Shown here: positions 20,842 to 33,652 of the stretch, in pieces
Numbering within the stretch: the stretch's first letter is position 1
How the letters are laid out: each line of letters starts with the position of its first letter
Source of the DNA: Chloroflexota bacterium
GTDB lineage: Bacteria; Chloroflexota; UBA6077; SHYK01
DNA length: 43,001 bases
Reading direction: 5' to 3'
Assembly: GCA_016844585.1 (NCBI GenBank)
Contig: JAERMM010000001.1
Span: forward strand, 1-43,001
The notes under the pieces: generated by a model
Databases searched by the model: none
Seen by the model: the letters and a program-made list of their open reading frames with translations, nothing else
Told to the model about the DNA's origin: nothing
Position numbers and translations under genes: made by a program

Positions 20842-21813
20842 GTTAACCTTGAGCAGCAACGGGAGGGCATTCTCGAAGCGAGTGACTTGTTCCTGGCGGG
20901 TCGTCAGCTACTTGAATCCGATCAGCAGGAGATCAGGGATGCAGAGTCCGGCTTCCTATCACCGGAAGACCTTGCCGAGTTCGTGCGTACAACTGTCGAA
21001 AGCAATTTCCCCAATTGCTTGAGGAAAGTGTTTACGGGGGGTGCGTTTGAGCTCACTGCCACCGCCGAACTCAAAGACGCTCTGAGAGGACTGGTCCTCG
21101 CTTTCCCAGCCGCTCACTCCGCGAGAACAGAGATCGTCCGATTCGCACGGCGCCTTGACGACGGCCCCGTCAGAGTCGCGTTCTCCGTGGATCCCGAGGT
21201 GTCCGAACTCGTCCACATTCGGCACCCGCTCGTTCTCCTGACGCGCTGGTTGGCTCGCGAACCCCTTCCCGACATCCCGTACTGCCGTGGCTCCCTCGCC
21301 GGAGGGGTTGAGTCGCCAACGGTCTTGGTCTGGGCGATCGGTTCGCTGGAGGGGTACGCGAATCGTGCAGAGCTCATGTGCGCCGCTGTCAATTGCAACA
21401 CAGGCAAGGTCAGCGCGGTCCGCGTCGAGGAAGCGCAGAAATGGCTACGCGACCTCGTGCCACACTCGACCGACTTTAACTTTGACCCATTTGTCGGCGA
21501 GGCGGAGGGGAGCTTACTCGCCCAGTTTCAAGAGATCGCCGAGAGATTCAACGTCCGAAACGCACTTCTCGCGGAGAAGGCGAAGCATGTTCTCGTCGCA
21601 CAGGCTGAGCGCAAGCTGGACTGGCTGAGAAGACAGCTTGGACGGAGCGATCTGAAACAAAACATCAGGAATCTCTATCGTGGGTGGAGCCAGCATCTCG
21701 AGGGGGAAACCAACTCCAAGATTGAAGAGATCGAGCTGAAAGTAGCTACCAGGTCATCCCTTCAGGTCATAGGCGTCGTCTTTCTTTCTCCACGCGCGCA
21801 GACAACTGGTTGA
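20842..21813 (+). pseudogene. C-terminal fragment of a large protein, resembling SNF2/RapA-like helicase tails; no start region
   Basis: Frame open from the junction (VNLEQQREGILEASDLF...); F.SPEDL..FV and LVHIRHPLV motifs plus a coiled-coil tail; no SD before the predicted TTG. Confidence 0.5.
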
Positions 21814-21867
21814 CGATGCGCTGGTTCAGGTGAGCCACAGGTATGATGATCCTGGTAGGTTGAGGTC

Positions 21868-22104
21868 ATGACAGCAAAGGACGAGTTGCACCGCCTGATC
21901 GACGGGGTGTCCGACGTTGATGCGGACCTATGGCTTGCCGTGCTCCGCGATCACGACCCGCTGGCATGGGCGTTGGTAACTGCCCCGATCGATGACGAAC
22001 CGGAGACCGAGGACGAGAAGGCGGCCGTCGCCAAAGCACGCAAGCGGGTGGCACGCGGAAACGTCATCTCACATGAGGTGCTGGCCCGCGAACTAGGCTG
22101 GTGA
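21868..22104 (+). CDS. Putative antitoxin
   Basis: KDELHRLID...AP.DDEPETEDE..AV..AR......VISHE.L.RELG; GAGG SD; stop overlaps the toxin start (GTGA). Confidence 0.8.
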   Translation: MTAKDELHRLIDGVSDVDADLWLAVLRDHDPLAWALVTAPIDDEPETEDEKAAVAKARKRVARGNVISHEVLARELGW

Positions 22105-22367
22105 GTTGGTCGGTCGTCTGGGATGATCGCGCCGCGGATGAGATGCGGCGCCTGGCGCGAGGTAACCCGGCGATGGCGCGGAGGGTTGGCCAAGCTGTCT
22201 CGCGACTCGCAGAGACGGGCCAAGGCGATCTGATCCGCCTTCACGGTGGCGCCGACGAGTGGCGCTTGCGCGTAGGTGACTGGCGAGTTCGCCTCGACAT
22301 GGACACCGATGCGCACAGAGTTACCGTCCTACATGTCCTCCCCCGCGGCAGGGCCTACCGGAACTGA
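22101..22367 (+). CDS. RelE/ParE family type II toxin
   Basis: GDL.RL.G...EWRLRVGDWRVR......V.VL.V.PRGRAY motif. Confidence 0.9.
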   Translation: MSWSVVWDDRAADEMRRLARGNPAMARRVGQAVSRLAETGQGDLIRLHGGADEWRLRVGDWRVRLDMDTDAHRVTVLHVLPRGRAYRN

Positions 22368-22533
22368 CGCGACCATCCTCGCAGTATCCAGCACCGTATG
22401 GCTCTACTGTGCACCTATGATCGGCAAGGCTGCCCCGCGGGAGTGAGTTTCTACGCGCAAGAACGGCTGACGTGCGGCTCGATACAATAGCCTGCACACC
22501 CCACCGCACCAGGCGTCGGACAGGAGGACTTTC

Positions 22534-23706
22534 ATGCCCAGAATCTATCAGTACATCTCCGGGGACAGTCACCTTGAGGTCCCCTGCGACGCGTGGACGC
22601 CCCGCGTGCCTGCGCGGTACCGCGACCGCGCCCCGCGTCGCATCCGCTTCCCGAACGGCGGCGATGGGTTCGTCGGCGAGAACTCACCGGTCATCTTCGG
22701 CGGAACAGGCCAATGGGCCGGCAAGGACCCGGAGGAATTCAACCCCATGGCCGCGGTGGATTTCGCTACCTCCGCGGGGTGCGGCTCGCCGATGCAGCGC
22801 ATAGGCGAGCAGGATGAAGATGGAATTGATGCCGAGCTCCTGTTTCCGAGCAACACGGCCTGGAAGGTTGCGCGAGGAATCACGGACCTCGACGCCTACC
22901 TGGCTGTTGTGCGTGCCTACAACGAGTATCTTGCCGAAGAGTACTGTGTCGCCGCGCCGGATCGCCTGATCGGGGTGGGCGTCATGCCGGGAAGGGGGCT
23001 GCAGCACGACTTGGACGAGATGGAGCATTGCAAGAAGATCGGGCTCAGAACGGTGGGGGTCGGCCGATACCCCGGTGGAAAGAGTTACCCGACGCCAGAC
23101 GACGACCGGTTCTGGGCTGCATCGCTCGACACGGAGATGCCGCTGTGCATCCACACGTCGATTGCACATGGGCGCGGTCCGCTGTTCAAATATCCGGAGG
23201 ACCCAGGTGGAGAACACCCGCCGGATGACATCGTCCTCCGCATGTATCGCTATGGACACGAGCACAGCGGATCGCTATCGGCGGTTCAGCTGGTGCTGAG
23301 CGGCGTTTTCGACCGATTCCCGAAGCTGCACATCTACTGGGCGGAGAACCAGGTCGGTTGGATTCCGTTCTTTTACCAGCAGATGGACTCGGAGTACGAG
23401 AAGAACAAACACTGGGTGGAGCGAGTACTTGGGCTCAAGTCGCTCGATCGGCGTCCCAGTGAGTACCTCAGAGAGCATGCCTACTGGGGCTTCTATGACG
23501 ATCCAGCGGGCATGCGCATGTGTCATGAGGTTGGCACGGATCGCATCATCTGGGGCAGCGACTTCCCGCACATCGTCACCCAATGGCCCCATTCCCGCAA
23601 GATGCTGGACGAGCAAATGGCAACGGCCACAGCCGACGAAAAGCGCAGGATGGTTGCCGGCAACCTTATCGACTTTCTGCACTTGCCGGACGCCGTGGCT
23701 GCATAG
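22534..23706 (+). CDS. Amidohydrolase_2 family protein
   Basis: ISGDSHLE, QDEDGIDAELLFP, RAYNEYLAEEYC, LSGVFDRFPKL, IIWGSDFPH; AGGAGG SD. Confidence 0.9.
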   Translation: MPRIYQYISGDSHLEVPCDAWTPRVPARYRDRAPRRIRFPNGGDGFVGENSPVIFGGTGQWAGKDPEEFNPMAAVDFATSAGCGSPMQRIGEQDEDGIDAELLFPSNTAWKVARGITDLDAYLAVVRAYNEYLAEEYCVAAPDRLIGVGVMPGRGLQHDLDEMEHCKKIGLRTVGVGRYPGGKSYPTPDDDRFWAASLDTEMPLCIHTSIAHGRGPLFKYPEDPGGEHPPDDIVLRMYRYGHEHSGSLSAVQLVLSGVFDRFPKLHIYWAENQVGWIPFFYQQMDSEYEKNKHWVERVLGLKSLDRRPSEYLREHAYWGFYDDPAGMRMCHEVGTDRIIWGSDFPHIVTQWPHSRKMLDEQMATATADEKRRMVAGNLIDFLHLPDAVAA

Positions 23707-23910
23707 CCCGTTAGATGTGGAGGGCGGTTCCCGATCAGAGGATCGGGGCCGATCAACGAAGGCGCATCGCTGTAGCAGCAGGGGCGGCGCCCTACGTGCG
23801 GGTTGTCACCCTGTCAACGTTGTCACCCAGGTGTTTTCTCAAAATTAGGCACGAACCGCGATCCTCGAATAACGCATTTGGTTCGATCGTGTTGCCAGAT
23901 GCCTCATCAT

Positions 23911-25143
23911 TCAAAGAAAGACAAGCGACACGTTGTGGCCCCCAAAGCCGAAGGCGTTGGTGAGTACACAGCGGAGTGACAGTGAGGGGGCGTGGCCAGT
24001 CACGATGTTGAGCGGACAGGCGAGATCCCGAACCTCGAGGTTGCGGGTGGGGGGAACGACGCCGGTGCGCAACGCCATGATGGCCGCGATAGCCTGCACC
24101 GCGCCTGCTGCCCCGAGCAGGTGGCCGAGCGACGACTTTATGGCCGTAACCGGCGTTGTCAACGCAATGTCGCCGAGCGCCACCGCCAGAGCCCGCGCCT
24201 CGGCGCGGTCGCCCGCTTGGGTGCTCGTCGCATGCGCGAAGACTACATCGACGTCTGACGGACTCATCGCGGCCTGTGCGAACGCCAGCGACATAGCGCG
24301 CGCGGCGTGCTGCCCGCTCGGGTCTGGGCGCGTGACGTGGACGGCGTCAGTGGTCGCGCCGTAACCAACCAGCTCCGCCAGGATGGTGGCGTCACGGCGT
24401 CTGGCATGGCCCAGCTCCTCGATCACGAGTACGCCCGCCCCCTCGCCCAGGACGAAGCCGTCGCGCCCCACGTCAAACGGCCGGCTTGCCTCTTCGGGCG
24501 CATCGTTGCGCCGCGACAGCGCGCCCGAGGCGTCGTCACCTGCGATCGTGAGGGTCGTAATGCACGCCTCGGCGCCGCCGCACAGCATGACGTCGGCATC
24601 GCCCCGCCGGATCACGCTGGCGGCCTCCCCTATCGCCTGCGCGCCCGTGGCGCATGCCGAGCCGAGGGTGAAGCTTGGCCCGTGAAGGCCGAAGTGAATG
24701 GCGACCTGGGCGCTCGCCATGTTGGCGAGCATGCGTGGAACGGCCCATGGGCTCACGCCGTGGCCACCAGGTTGCTCCAGAGCACTCGCCTCCCGCAGCA
24801 GCGACACCTCGCCGCCATGGCTCGATCCTATGACCACGCCCGCCCGGTTCGGATCGAAGCCGCTCTCGGCTAGGGCTGACTGTCGAAACGCTTGCAGTGC
24901 AGCGGACAGCCCGAAGAGCGCGAATCGGTCCATCTGCTTCACGTCTCGTGGCTCGATCTCAGGCGGAGGCGCGAAGTCGCGTACCTCCGCCGCGATGCGA
25001 CTCGCAAAGCGGGAGGCGTCGAACGCGGTGATCGGGCCAACGCCGCTCTGTCCGGCGCAAAGGGCCTCCCAAAAGGACGCGACATCGTTGCCGAGGGGCG
25101 TGATGACGCCCATGCCCGTGACCACGACGCGCCGGGCCTTCAT
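23911..25143 (-). CDS. fabF: Beta-ketoacyl-ACP synthase II (FabF)-like protein with an atypical polar acyl pocket
   Basis: RRVVVTGMG, SACATG (Cys164), SRPFD.GRDGFVLGEGAG, AHATST, KSSLGHLLGAAG, NAFGFGGHN; ATG overlaps the PIN-toxin stop. Confidence 0.9.
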   Translation of the reverse strand: MKARRVVVTGMGVITPLGNDVASFWEALCAGQSGVGPITAFDASRFASRIAAEVRDFAPPPEIEPRDVKQMDRFALFGLSAALQAFRQSALAESGFDPNRAGVVIGSSHGGEVSLLREASALEQPGGHGVSPWAVPRMLANMASAQVAIHFGLHGPSFTLGSACATGAQAIGEAASVIRRGDADVMLCGGAEACITTLTIAGDDASGALSRRNDAPEEASRPFDVGRDGFVLGEGAGVLVIEELGHARRRDATILAELVGYGATTDAVHVTRPDPSGQHAARAMSLAFAQAAMSPSDVDVVFAHATSTQAGDRAEARALAVALGDIALTTPVTAIKSSLGHLLGAAGAVQAIAAIMALRTGVVPPTRNLEVRDLACPLNIVTGHAPSLSLRCVLTNAFGFGGHNVSLVFL

Positions 25144-25499
25144 CTGGGTCGAGAGAGGTAGTCGACCCCGTAGGGGGGCAGTCCGTCCGGGTGCAGCGCG
25201 GCGAACGACGCGATGGCGTGAGCTAGCTCGCTCTCTCGATCACCCCGAATTGATCGTGGTACGAGAACAGCGCCGGCATGAGGCCAACCCTCGGCGGCAA
25301 ATAAGTTGGTCAGATGCCGGAAATCGCGTCGGTCATAGGTGACGATGCATCGACCTTCCCGGCCGGCCAGGCCAAGCTGCATTTCGTCCGTGAGCCGGTC
25401 CCGACCGCATTCGTGCGAGCTGATGGCGTCCACGCCCAGGCTGCGTGCGATGACTGCAACCTGCGCAGAGATGTTCTCGTCGAGCAAGAAGCGGATCAA
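25140..25499 (-). CDS. DUF5615-like PIN-domain protein (VapC45-type toxin)
   Basis: RFLLDENIS, TDE.QL..A..EGR.IVTYD..DF, HAG.VL motifs. Confidence 0.85.
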   Translation of the reverse strand: MIRFLLDENISAQVAVIARSLGVDAISSHECGRDRLTDEMQLGLAGREGRCIVTYDRRDFRHLTNLFAAEGWPHAGAVLVPRSIRGDRESELAHAIASFAALHPDGLPPYGVDYLSRPR

Positions 25500-25512
25500 G
25501 CGCGGTTACCCG

Positions 25513-25956
25513 TTACCCACGCTCCGCTACCTGACCGATCTGCCGCGCGGGCCAAACAAATGGGGGGTTGGCGTCGAGCCACTCCGGAGTTATTTCCTCA
25601 TCGAGTGCGATTCGCCGCTCGACCTCTTCGGGAAATGCCTCCGCGTAGGCGAGGCCCGCCCGAAGTTCCCACTCTGGCAGATGGGCGTACCATCTCTGCA
25701 GGCGGGCGAAGTCCTCGCCCACGTCGCGGTAGGCTCTCACCACGAGGTAGACCTTGGCCCCGCTGCCCGCAATTCGAGCAACCCGGCCACAAGGTGAGTC
25801 GACGAATTCGATGCCAAAAAAACGCCTCATCTTGACCGCTTCGCTCAGCATCTCGTTGGCGATGCTCGAGAAGTCGCGCTGCGTACGCTGGGCGATGTCC
25901 TGAATGGCGGACCGCACCTCTTCAGGAATGCGCAAGCTAACGGGGCGGGTGTTCAT
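25513..25956 (-). CDS. DUF433-like antitoxin with N-terminal ribbon-helix-helix region
   Basis: PVSLRIPEEV RHH-like start; GIEFVD.P.GR.ARI.G.G..V..VV and LRA.LAY...FPEE motifs; GGAGG SD before ATG 25956. Confidence 0.8.
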   Translation of the reverse strand: MNTRPVSLRIPEEVRSAIQDIAQRTQRDFSSIANEMLSEAVKMRRFFGIEFVDSPCGRVARIAGSGAKVYLVVRAYRDVGEDFARLQRWYAHLPEWELRAGLAYAEAFPEEVERRIALDEEITPEWLDANPPFVWPARQIGQVAERG

Positions 25957-26021
25957 AGCAGCCCTCCAGTCCGACGCGTGTATGACAGTGTAGCCCATGT
26001 AAGTCGTGGCGGCAACCAGCA

Positions 26022-29048
<3,027 letters not shown>

Positions 29049-29052
<4 letters not shown>

Positions 29053-30239
29053 GCCACCATGCCGAGTGACGCGCCGACTCGGCGGAAAGCATCGATGGCA
29101 AGCACGATGTCATCCGCGGAATGCGTCGCCATCACGGTCGCCCGAACCCGCGCCGCTCCCATTGGAACGGACGGCGGCCGAACCGCTACCGCGAAAACTC
29201 CCTCGGCGCGAAGCGCAGCGGCGAAATCCAACGCTCTCCGCGACTCGCCGACGAGCACCGGAACGATTTGGGTCGTCGAGCCGCTGATATTGAACCCGGC
29301 ATCTCGAAGCCCCCTCCGAAGCTGAGCCGCGTTGTCTTGCAGCCGCTGGACTCGCCACAGATCGCGCTCAAGGAGATCCAGGGCAGCGAGACCGGCGGCC
29401 ACGACAGGGGCCGGAAGGGCTGTCGTAAATGTGAAGCTGCGACTCGTGTTGATCAGATAGTCGCGAAGCAGGGCCGGTCCTGTCACCAGAGCACCCAGCC
29501 CACCGAGCGCTTTGCTGAGCGTGCTCATCGATGCGGTAACCTGGGACTCGAGCTGCAGCTCGGCGACAAGCCCTCGCCCGCCAGGCCCCAAACAGCCCGT
29601 CGCGTGCGCCTCATCCACCATCAGCATGGCGTCGTATCGCGAGCAGGCCTCGGCGATCTCGGTGAGCGGCGCCTCGTCCCCCTCCATGCTGAACACCGTG
29701 TCCGTCACAACCAGGCGGCGGCGAGTCCCGGTGCCTCCGGCGGTGGATGCCAGAGCATCTCGCAAGGCGCCGACGTCGGCATGTGGGTAGCTTCGAAACT
29801 CAGCGCGGCTGAGTCTGCAGCCGTCGATCAGGCTGGCATGGTTCAACTCGTCGCCAAGCACCAGGTCGCCGGCCCCGACCAGCGACGGAATCACCCCCAG
29901 GTTCGCGGTGTAGCCGCTGGTGAAAAGCAACCCGCTCTCCATCCCCTTGAACGCCGCGAATCGAGACTCGAGAGCTTCGTGGAGGTGCGAGGTGCCCGCA
30001 ATCAGCCGAGACGACCCGCTGCCGCAGCCCTCATCATCAGCCGCCGTCGCCATCGCCGCGGCGAGATCGGGGTGCCCGGCAAGGCCGAGGTAGTTATTGG
30101 AGCTGAGATTCAGCAGCCGCCGCCCCTCGATCTCGATCCAGGGCGCCGCGCCGCCCTCGAGCTGCGTCAGCTTGCGCCGCAGGCCTCGGCGCTCGAGCCC
30201 ATCCAGGCGACGGTTCATAAAGTCGATCGGAAGGGACAC
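29049..30239 (-). CDS. bioF: 8-amino-7-oxononanoate synthase
   Basis: NLSSNNYLGLA, GSGSSRLIAG, SGYTAN, DELNHASLIDG, VFSMEGD, VDEAHATG, TLSKALG motifs. Start is GTG 30239 or TTG 30287. Confidence 0.95.
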
Positions 30240-30292
30240 GGGTTTGCGCTCCTGGTCTGGTTGCGTCGGAAACCGCTGCACCGGCAAGGGGG

Positions 30293-30604
30293 CTACGACT
30301 CGCCGATGCGGCCCTGCTTTGCAAGCCAGCGCGCAAACTCCACTCGGCCGCGGTCGAGGCCGCTCACGATCGACTGCAGCGGCGGCCGGGGCACCGGGAC
30401 CGGCTCGCCGTGCTTCAGCATCTCCTCAATGCGTTGACGCTTTGCGGCGTCCAGCATCTCGATGGCTTCGGTGGGTGTGGCGGCCTCAGCCGTGCAGCCC
30501 GGTAGCTCCGGATACGCTGCGCGTCGCACCCAGTCCCCGTCCGGACGCTCCACCGATTCCATGCGCAACACGTACGGAATAGCGAAGTACTCGTCGAGCG
30601 TCAC
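30293..30604 (-). CDS. HicB-like protein (N-terminal domain only)
   Basis: LDEY.AIPY...A.YPELPGC.AEA.T..EA...L......I..ML..G.PVP.P motif; no clear DNA-binding C-terminal domain; no adjacent hicA. Confidence 0.75.
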   Translation of the reverse strand: MTLDEYFAIPYVLRMESVERPDGDWVRRAAYPELPGCTAEAATPTEAIEMLDAAKRQRIEEMLKHGEPVPVPRPPLQSIVSGLDRGRVEFARWLAKQGRIGES

Positions 30605-30671
30605 GACCAACCCCTCACACTCGCCATTCTAACGCTCTCTATAATGGCGCATCCCCGCGCCGGATGGCCGC

Positions 30672-32033
30672 ATGAGAGATCGCCCGGGCGACAGCCCGAC
30701 GCGAGCCGCATCGAACAACCTGCCCACATCCGCTCCACAACCCTCAAAGAAGAGGGGTGTCTTCTATGGCTGGTACGTCGTCGCCTCGGCGTTCTGCGCG
30801 AATTTCGCCTACTCTGAACAATTCTCGTCTACCTACGGCGTCTTCATCTACCACATCGGCATGGAGATGGGCTGGGGGCGCACGGTGCTCGCCGGCGTGA
30901 AGACCGTTGGGCGGGCCGGTGAGGTGCTTGCGGCGCCGTTCGTCGGCGGCCTGGTGGATCGCTACGGCGCACGCTGGCTGATGATCATCGGCGGCGTGTT
31001 TTTTGCTGCTGGAATGATTCTCTGCAGCACCGTCGGTGAGATCTGGCAGCTTTACCTCTACCTGGGCGTTCTGATGCCACTCGCTGGAATGGGCGTCGGA
31101 GGCCTCGTCGCAACCATCGCGGTGTCGAACTGGTTCGTGGTGAAGCGCGGCCGGGCCGTTGGCATCACGGCGATGGGCATGTCGTTCGGTGCAATGGTCG
31201 CGCCCCTCGCCATCAGCGCGGTGATCGCAGTCGAGGGCTGGAGGGTTGGGTGGATCGTCATGGGGGTAGCCGCATTCCTGCTCACGCTCCCGGCGGCATT
31301 CCTCGTCCGCCGCCGTCCGGAGGACATGGGCCTCCTGCCGGACGGCGCGGAACCATTTGAGTCGTCGCCCACATCGGACGCAACAGCGCGGCCGAGCCGG
31401 CGCCAGGAGCTGCTCGCGGCTGACGTCGTCTGGAAGCGGCGAGATGTGCTTCGGACGCCGTTGCTCTGGGTCATGTCATTTGCCTGGGGGTTCGCGCAGT
31501 TCGCACAGACGAGCACCAATGTTCACGCGGTCCCGTTTCTGCAGGACCTCGGCTATCCGATTGTGCTCGCCGCGACGGCCGTCACCGTGCGCTCGGCTGC
31601 CACGTTCGTGGGCAATCCGATCTGGGGTTACGTGGCGGAGCGCATGCCCGTGAAACGAGCCGCGACGCTGCAGTTCGTGCTGGCCAGCGCCGGGGTTGGC
31701 ATGTGGCTCTTGCCCCCATCGCACCTCACGATATTCGCGGGGTTGGTTCTGTTCGGCATCGGCGCATCCGGTGGGCAGGTCCTCTCGGAGCTGGCGTGGG
31801 CCACCTACTACGGGCGCGTCAGTCTCGGAACAGTGCGAGGCATCGCCTACCCGATTCAGACGGCATTTGCCGCCGCTGGCCCTCTGGGAGTGGGCCTCTT
31901 GTACGACCTGTCGGGCAGCTACCAGCTCCCGTTCGCCGTGATGATCGTGGGCAACACCATCGCGATGGCGCTCATTCAGCTCATCCGTCCGCCGAATCGT
32001 CCCGCAACCGCACGCGTGACGGCCGAAGCGTAG
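30672..32033 (+). CDS. MFS transporter (OFA/MCT-like)
   Basis: FYGWYVV, G.LVDRYGAR, SNWFVVKRGRAVG, RRRPEDMGLLPDG, YYGR..LG...G motifs; about 12 hydrophobic segments; TATAAT at 30640. Confidence 0.9.
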   Translation: MRDRPGDSPTRAASNNLPTSAPQPSKKRGVFYGWYVVASAFCANFAYSEQFSSTYGVFIYHIGMEMGWGRTVLAGVKTVGRAGEVLAAPFVGGLVDRYGARWLMIIGGVFFAAGMILCSTVGEIWQLYLYLGVLMPLAGMGVGGLVATIAVSNWFVVKRGRAVGITAMGMSFGAMVAPLAISAVIAVEGWRVGWIVMGVAAFLLTLPAAFLVRRRPEDMGLLPDGAEPFESSPTSDATARPSRRQELLAADVVWKRRDVLRTPLLWVMSFAWGFAQFAQTSTNVHAVPFLQDLGYPIVLAATAVTVRSAATFVGNPIWGYVAERMPVKRAATLQFVLASAGVGMWLLPPSHLTIFAGLVLFGIGASGGQVLSELAWATYYGRVSLGTVRGIAYPIQTAFAAAGPLGVGLLYDLSGSYQLPFAVMIVGNTIAMALIQLIRPPNRPATARVTAEA

Positions 32034-32039
32034 GCCGCC

Positions 32040-32603
32040 GTGGAGGAGGATCGCTGGGTGCGTTCGGCGCAGCTTGGCGACACGGATGCGTTCAACAGGC
32101 TCGTCGAAACGTACCAGGTGCTCGCCTACAACGTCGCGTATCGCACTCTGGGCGACCGAGATGACGCCGCCGACGCCACACAAGAGGCGTTCCTTTCCGC
32201 CTACCGTGCGATCGACGGGCTTCGAGGCGGGTCCTTCAAGAGCTGGCTGCTGCGAATCGTCGTGAACGCCTGTTACGACTTGCGCCGAAGAGAGCGCCGC
32301 CGGCCCGCGGCCTCGATGGACAAGATGGTCGAAGATCTGGGCGAGGCGCCATGGGCCGATGACGATGCCCCGGACCCGGAGGGGGTCGCAATCTCGCACC
32401 AGACGTTGGCCACCATCGAGCACGCGCTCGCGGAGATTCCCGAGGATCAACGCGTGGTCATCACCCTTGTTGACATGCAGGGTTGCAGCTATGAAGAGGC
32501 AGCCGACGTTATGAGCTGCGCCATCGGCACGGTCCGTTCGCGCCTGGCACGCGGTCGAGCCCGGGTCCGCGACTTGCTGGTGGCTGAGGGGAACCTTTCA
32601 TGA
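32040..32603 (+). CDS. ECF RNA polymerase sigma-70 factor
   Basis: GD.DAF..LV..YQ, DA.DATQEAFL.AY, SF.SWL.RIV.N.C.D, SYEEAA.VM....GTVRSRL.RGR motifs. Confidence 0.93.
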   Translation: MEEDRWVRSAQLGDTDAFNRLVETYQVLAYNVAYRTLGDRDDAADATQEAFLSAYRAIDGLRGGSFKSWLLRIVVNACYDLRRRERRRPAASMDKMVEDLGEAPWADDDAPDPEGVAISHQTLATIEHALAEIPEDQRVVITLVDMQGCSYEEAADVMSCAIGTVRSRLARGRARVRDLLVAEGNLS

Positions 32604-32644
32604 GTCCACAGCATCTTAATTACAGAACATGGGAGCCGTCGTAG

Positions 32645-33613
32645 TTGGAGACTCAACACCTCGATGTCGAGCAGCTCTCCGCGCTGCTGGACGGTGAGTT
32701 GGCCGAAGGCGAGCGCGGCGCCATTGCAGCGCATCTCGCAGGATGCGCCGCGTGTCGCCAGGAGCTGGAGCGTCTGCGCGGCGCCGTGATGCTGCTGCGC
32801 GCCGTCCCGCCTGCGCCGATTCCTCGGTCCTTCGCGATTGGTGATGCCTCCAGCTTGCGGCGGTTGGAGATCGAACGGCTCCCCATCATGGGCGCGCACC
32901 GTACTTCAGGCAGCGGATTCTTTGCGCGCGTTGAATTGTGGCGGGCGCTGGCCGGTCTGGCCACCGCTTTGATGGTGATGGTGTTTGTGGTCGACGCTGT
33001 CCGCCCGGATCTGGGGGCAACGACGACCTCGCGGCTCGAAGCTCCGTCGGCCGTGCGCGCTCCCGCTTCGCAGAACATAGCTGCCGAGACTTCTGCGTCC
33101 GACGCGGCTCCGCGCGCCCCGGTGGAGCGGCCTGCCCCTTCCGGCCCGCGCTCTGACGCTGTGCAGCCCGTCTCCCCGCCGGCCCCGGCCGCCGCCCCTT
33201 CTGACGCCGCGCAATCCGTCTCCCCGCCGGCCCCGGCCGCCGCGCCTTCTGACGCCGCGCAATCCGCCGCCGCGCCGGGGCCGGCCGTCTCGCCCTCCGA
33301 TGCGCCGCTTTCGGGCGCGATTCAGCGCCAATTCAGCGCGCCTGCCCCATCGGGAGAGCAAGCGGAGTCCGTCCAGGCGCCTTCCGCCGCGCAAGAGGCG
33401 GTCGGAGCGATTTCGTCTGCTGACACGGTGGCCAAAGCGGCGTCGCCCCAGCCCGCCGTGCCCTTTACGGTCGCGTCAGAAGAGGATCCTTTGAAACGAG
33501 ACCTGGGTTCGCCGTCGTTGGCGCTGAGTACTGGCCGTCTGGCGGGGCTGAGCCTCGGACTCCTTGCGCTGTTGTTCCTCGGACTGAGCGTCTTTCTGCG
33601 CAAGCGCGCGTAA
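32645..33613 (+). CDS. Zinc-finger (ZAS) anti-sigma factor with TM helices and a Pro/Ala-rich linker
   Basis: LSALLDGEL...HLAGCAAC (HxxxCxxC); central and C-terminal TM segments; directly downstream of the sigma gene. Confidence 0.85.
   Translation: METQHLDVEQLSALLDGELAEGERGAIAAHLAGCAACRQELERLRGAVMLLRAVPPAPIPRSFAIGDASSLRRLEIERLPIMGAHRTSGSGFFARVELWRALAGLATALMVMVFVVDAVRPDLGATTTSRLEAPSAVRAPASQNIAAETSASDAAPRAPVERPAPSGPRSDAVQPVSPPAPAAAPSDAAQSVSPPAPAAAPSDAAQSAAAPGPAVSPSDAPLSGAIQRQFSAPAPSGEQAESVQAPSAAQEAVGAISSADTVAKAASPQPAVPFTVASEEDPLKRDLGSPSLALSTGRLAGLSLGLLALLFLGLSVFLRKRA
33152..33304 (+). repeat. Intragenic 48-bp tandem repeat (about 3.2 units)
   Basis: SDAVQPVSPPAPAAAP / SDAAQSVSPPAPAAAP / SDAAQSAAAPGPAVSP / SDA starting at 33152, 33200, 33248, 33296. 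Confidence 0.9.
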
Positions 33614-33652
33614 CGCGCTGTCGCGTCTCCGCAAGGGCAACGATGCCTGGGG

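Noticed and set aside
30605-30671. BirA operator for the biotin genes
   Set aside because: No TGTAAAC-N-GTTTACA-type palindrome; only divergent -10-like boxes.
33152-33304. CRISPR array
   Set aside because: Units are contiguous, in frame within a gene and have no unique spacers; no cas genes. No CRISPR array seen anywhere in the window.
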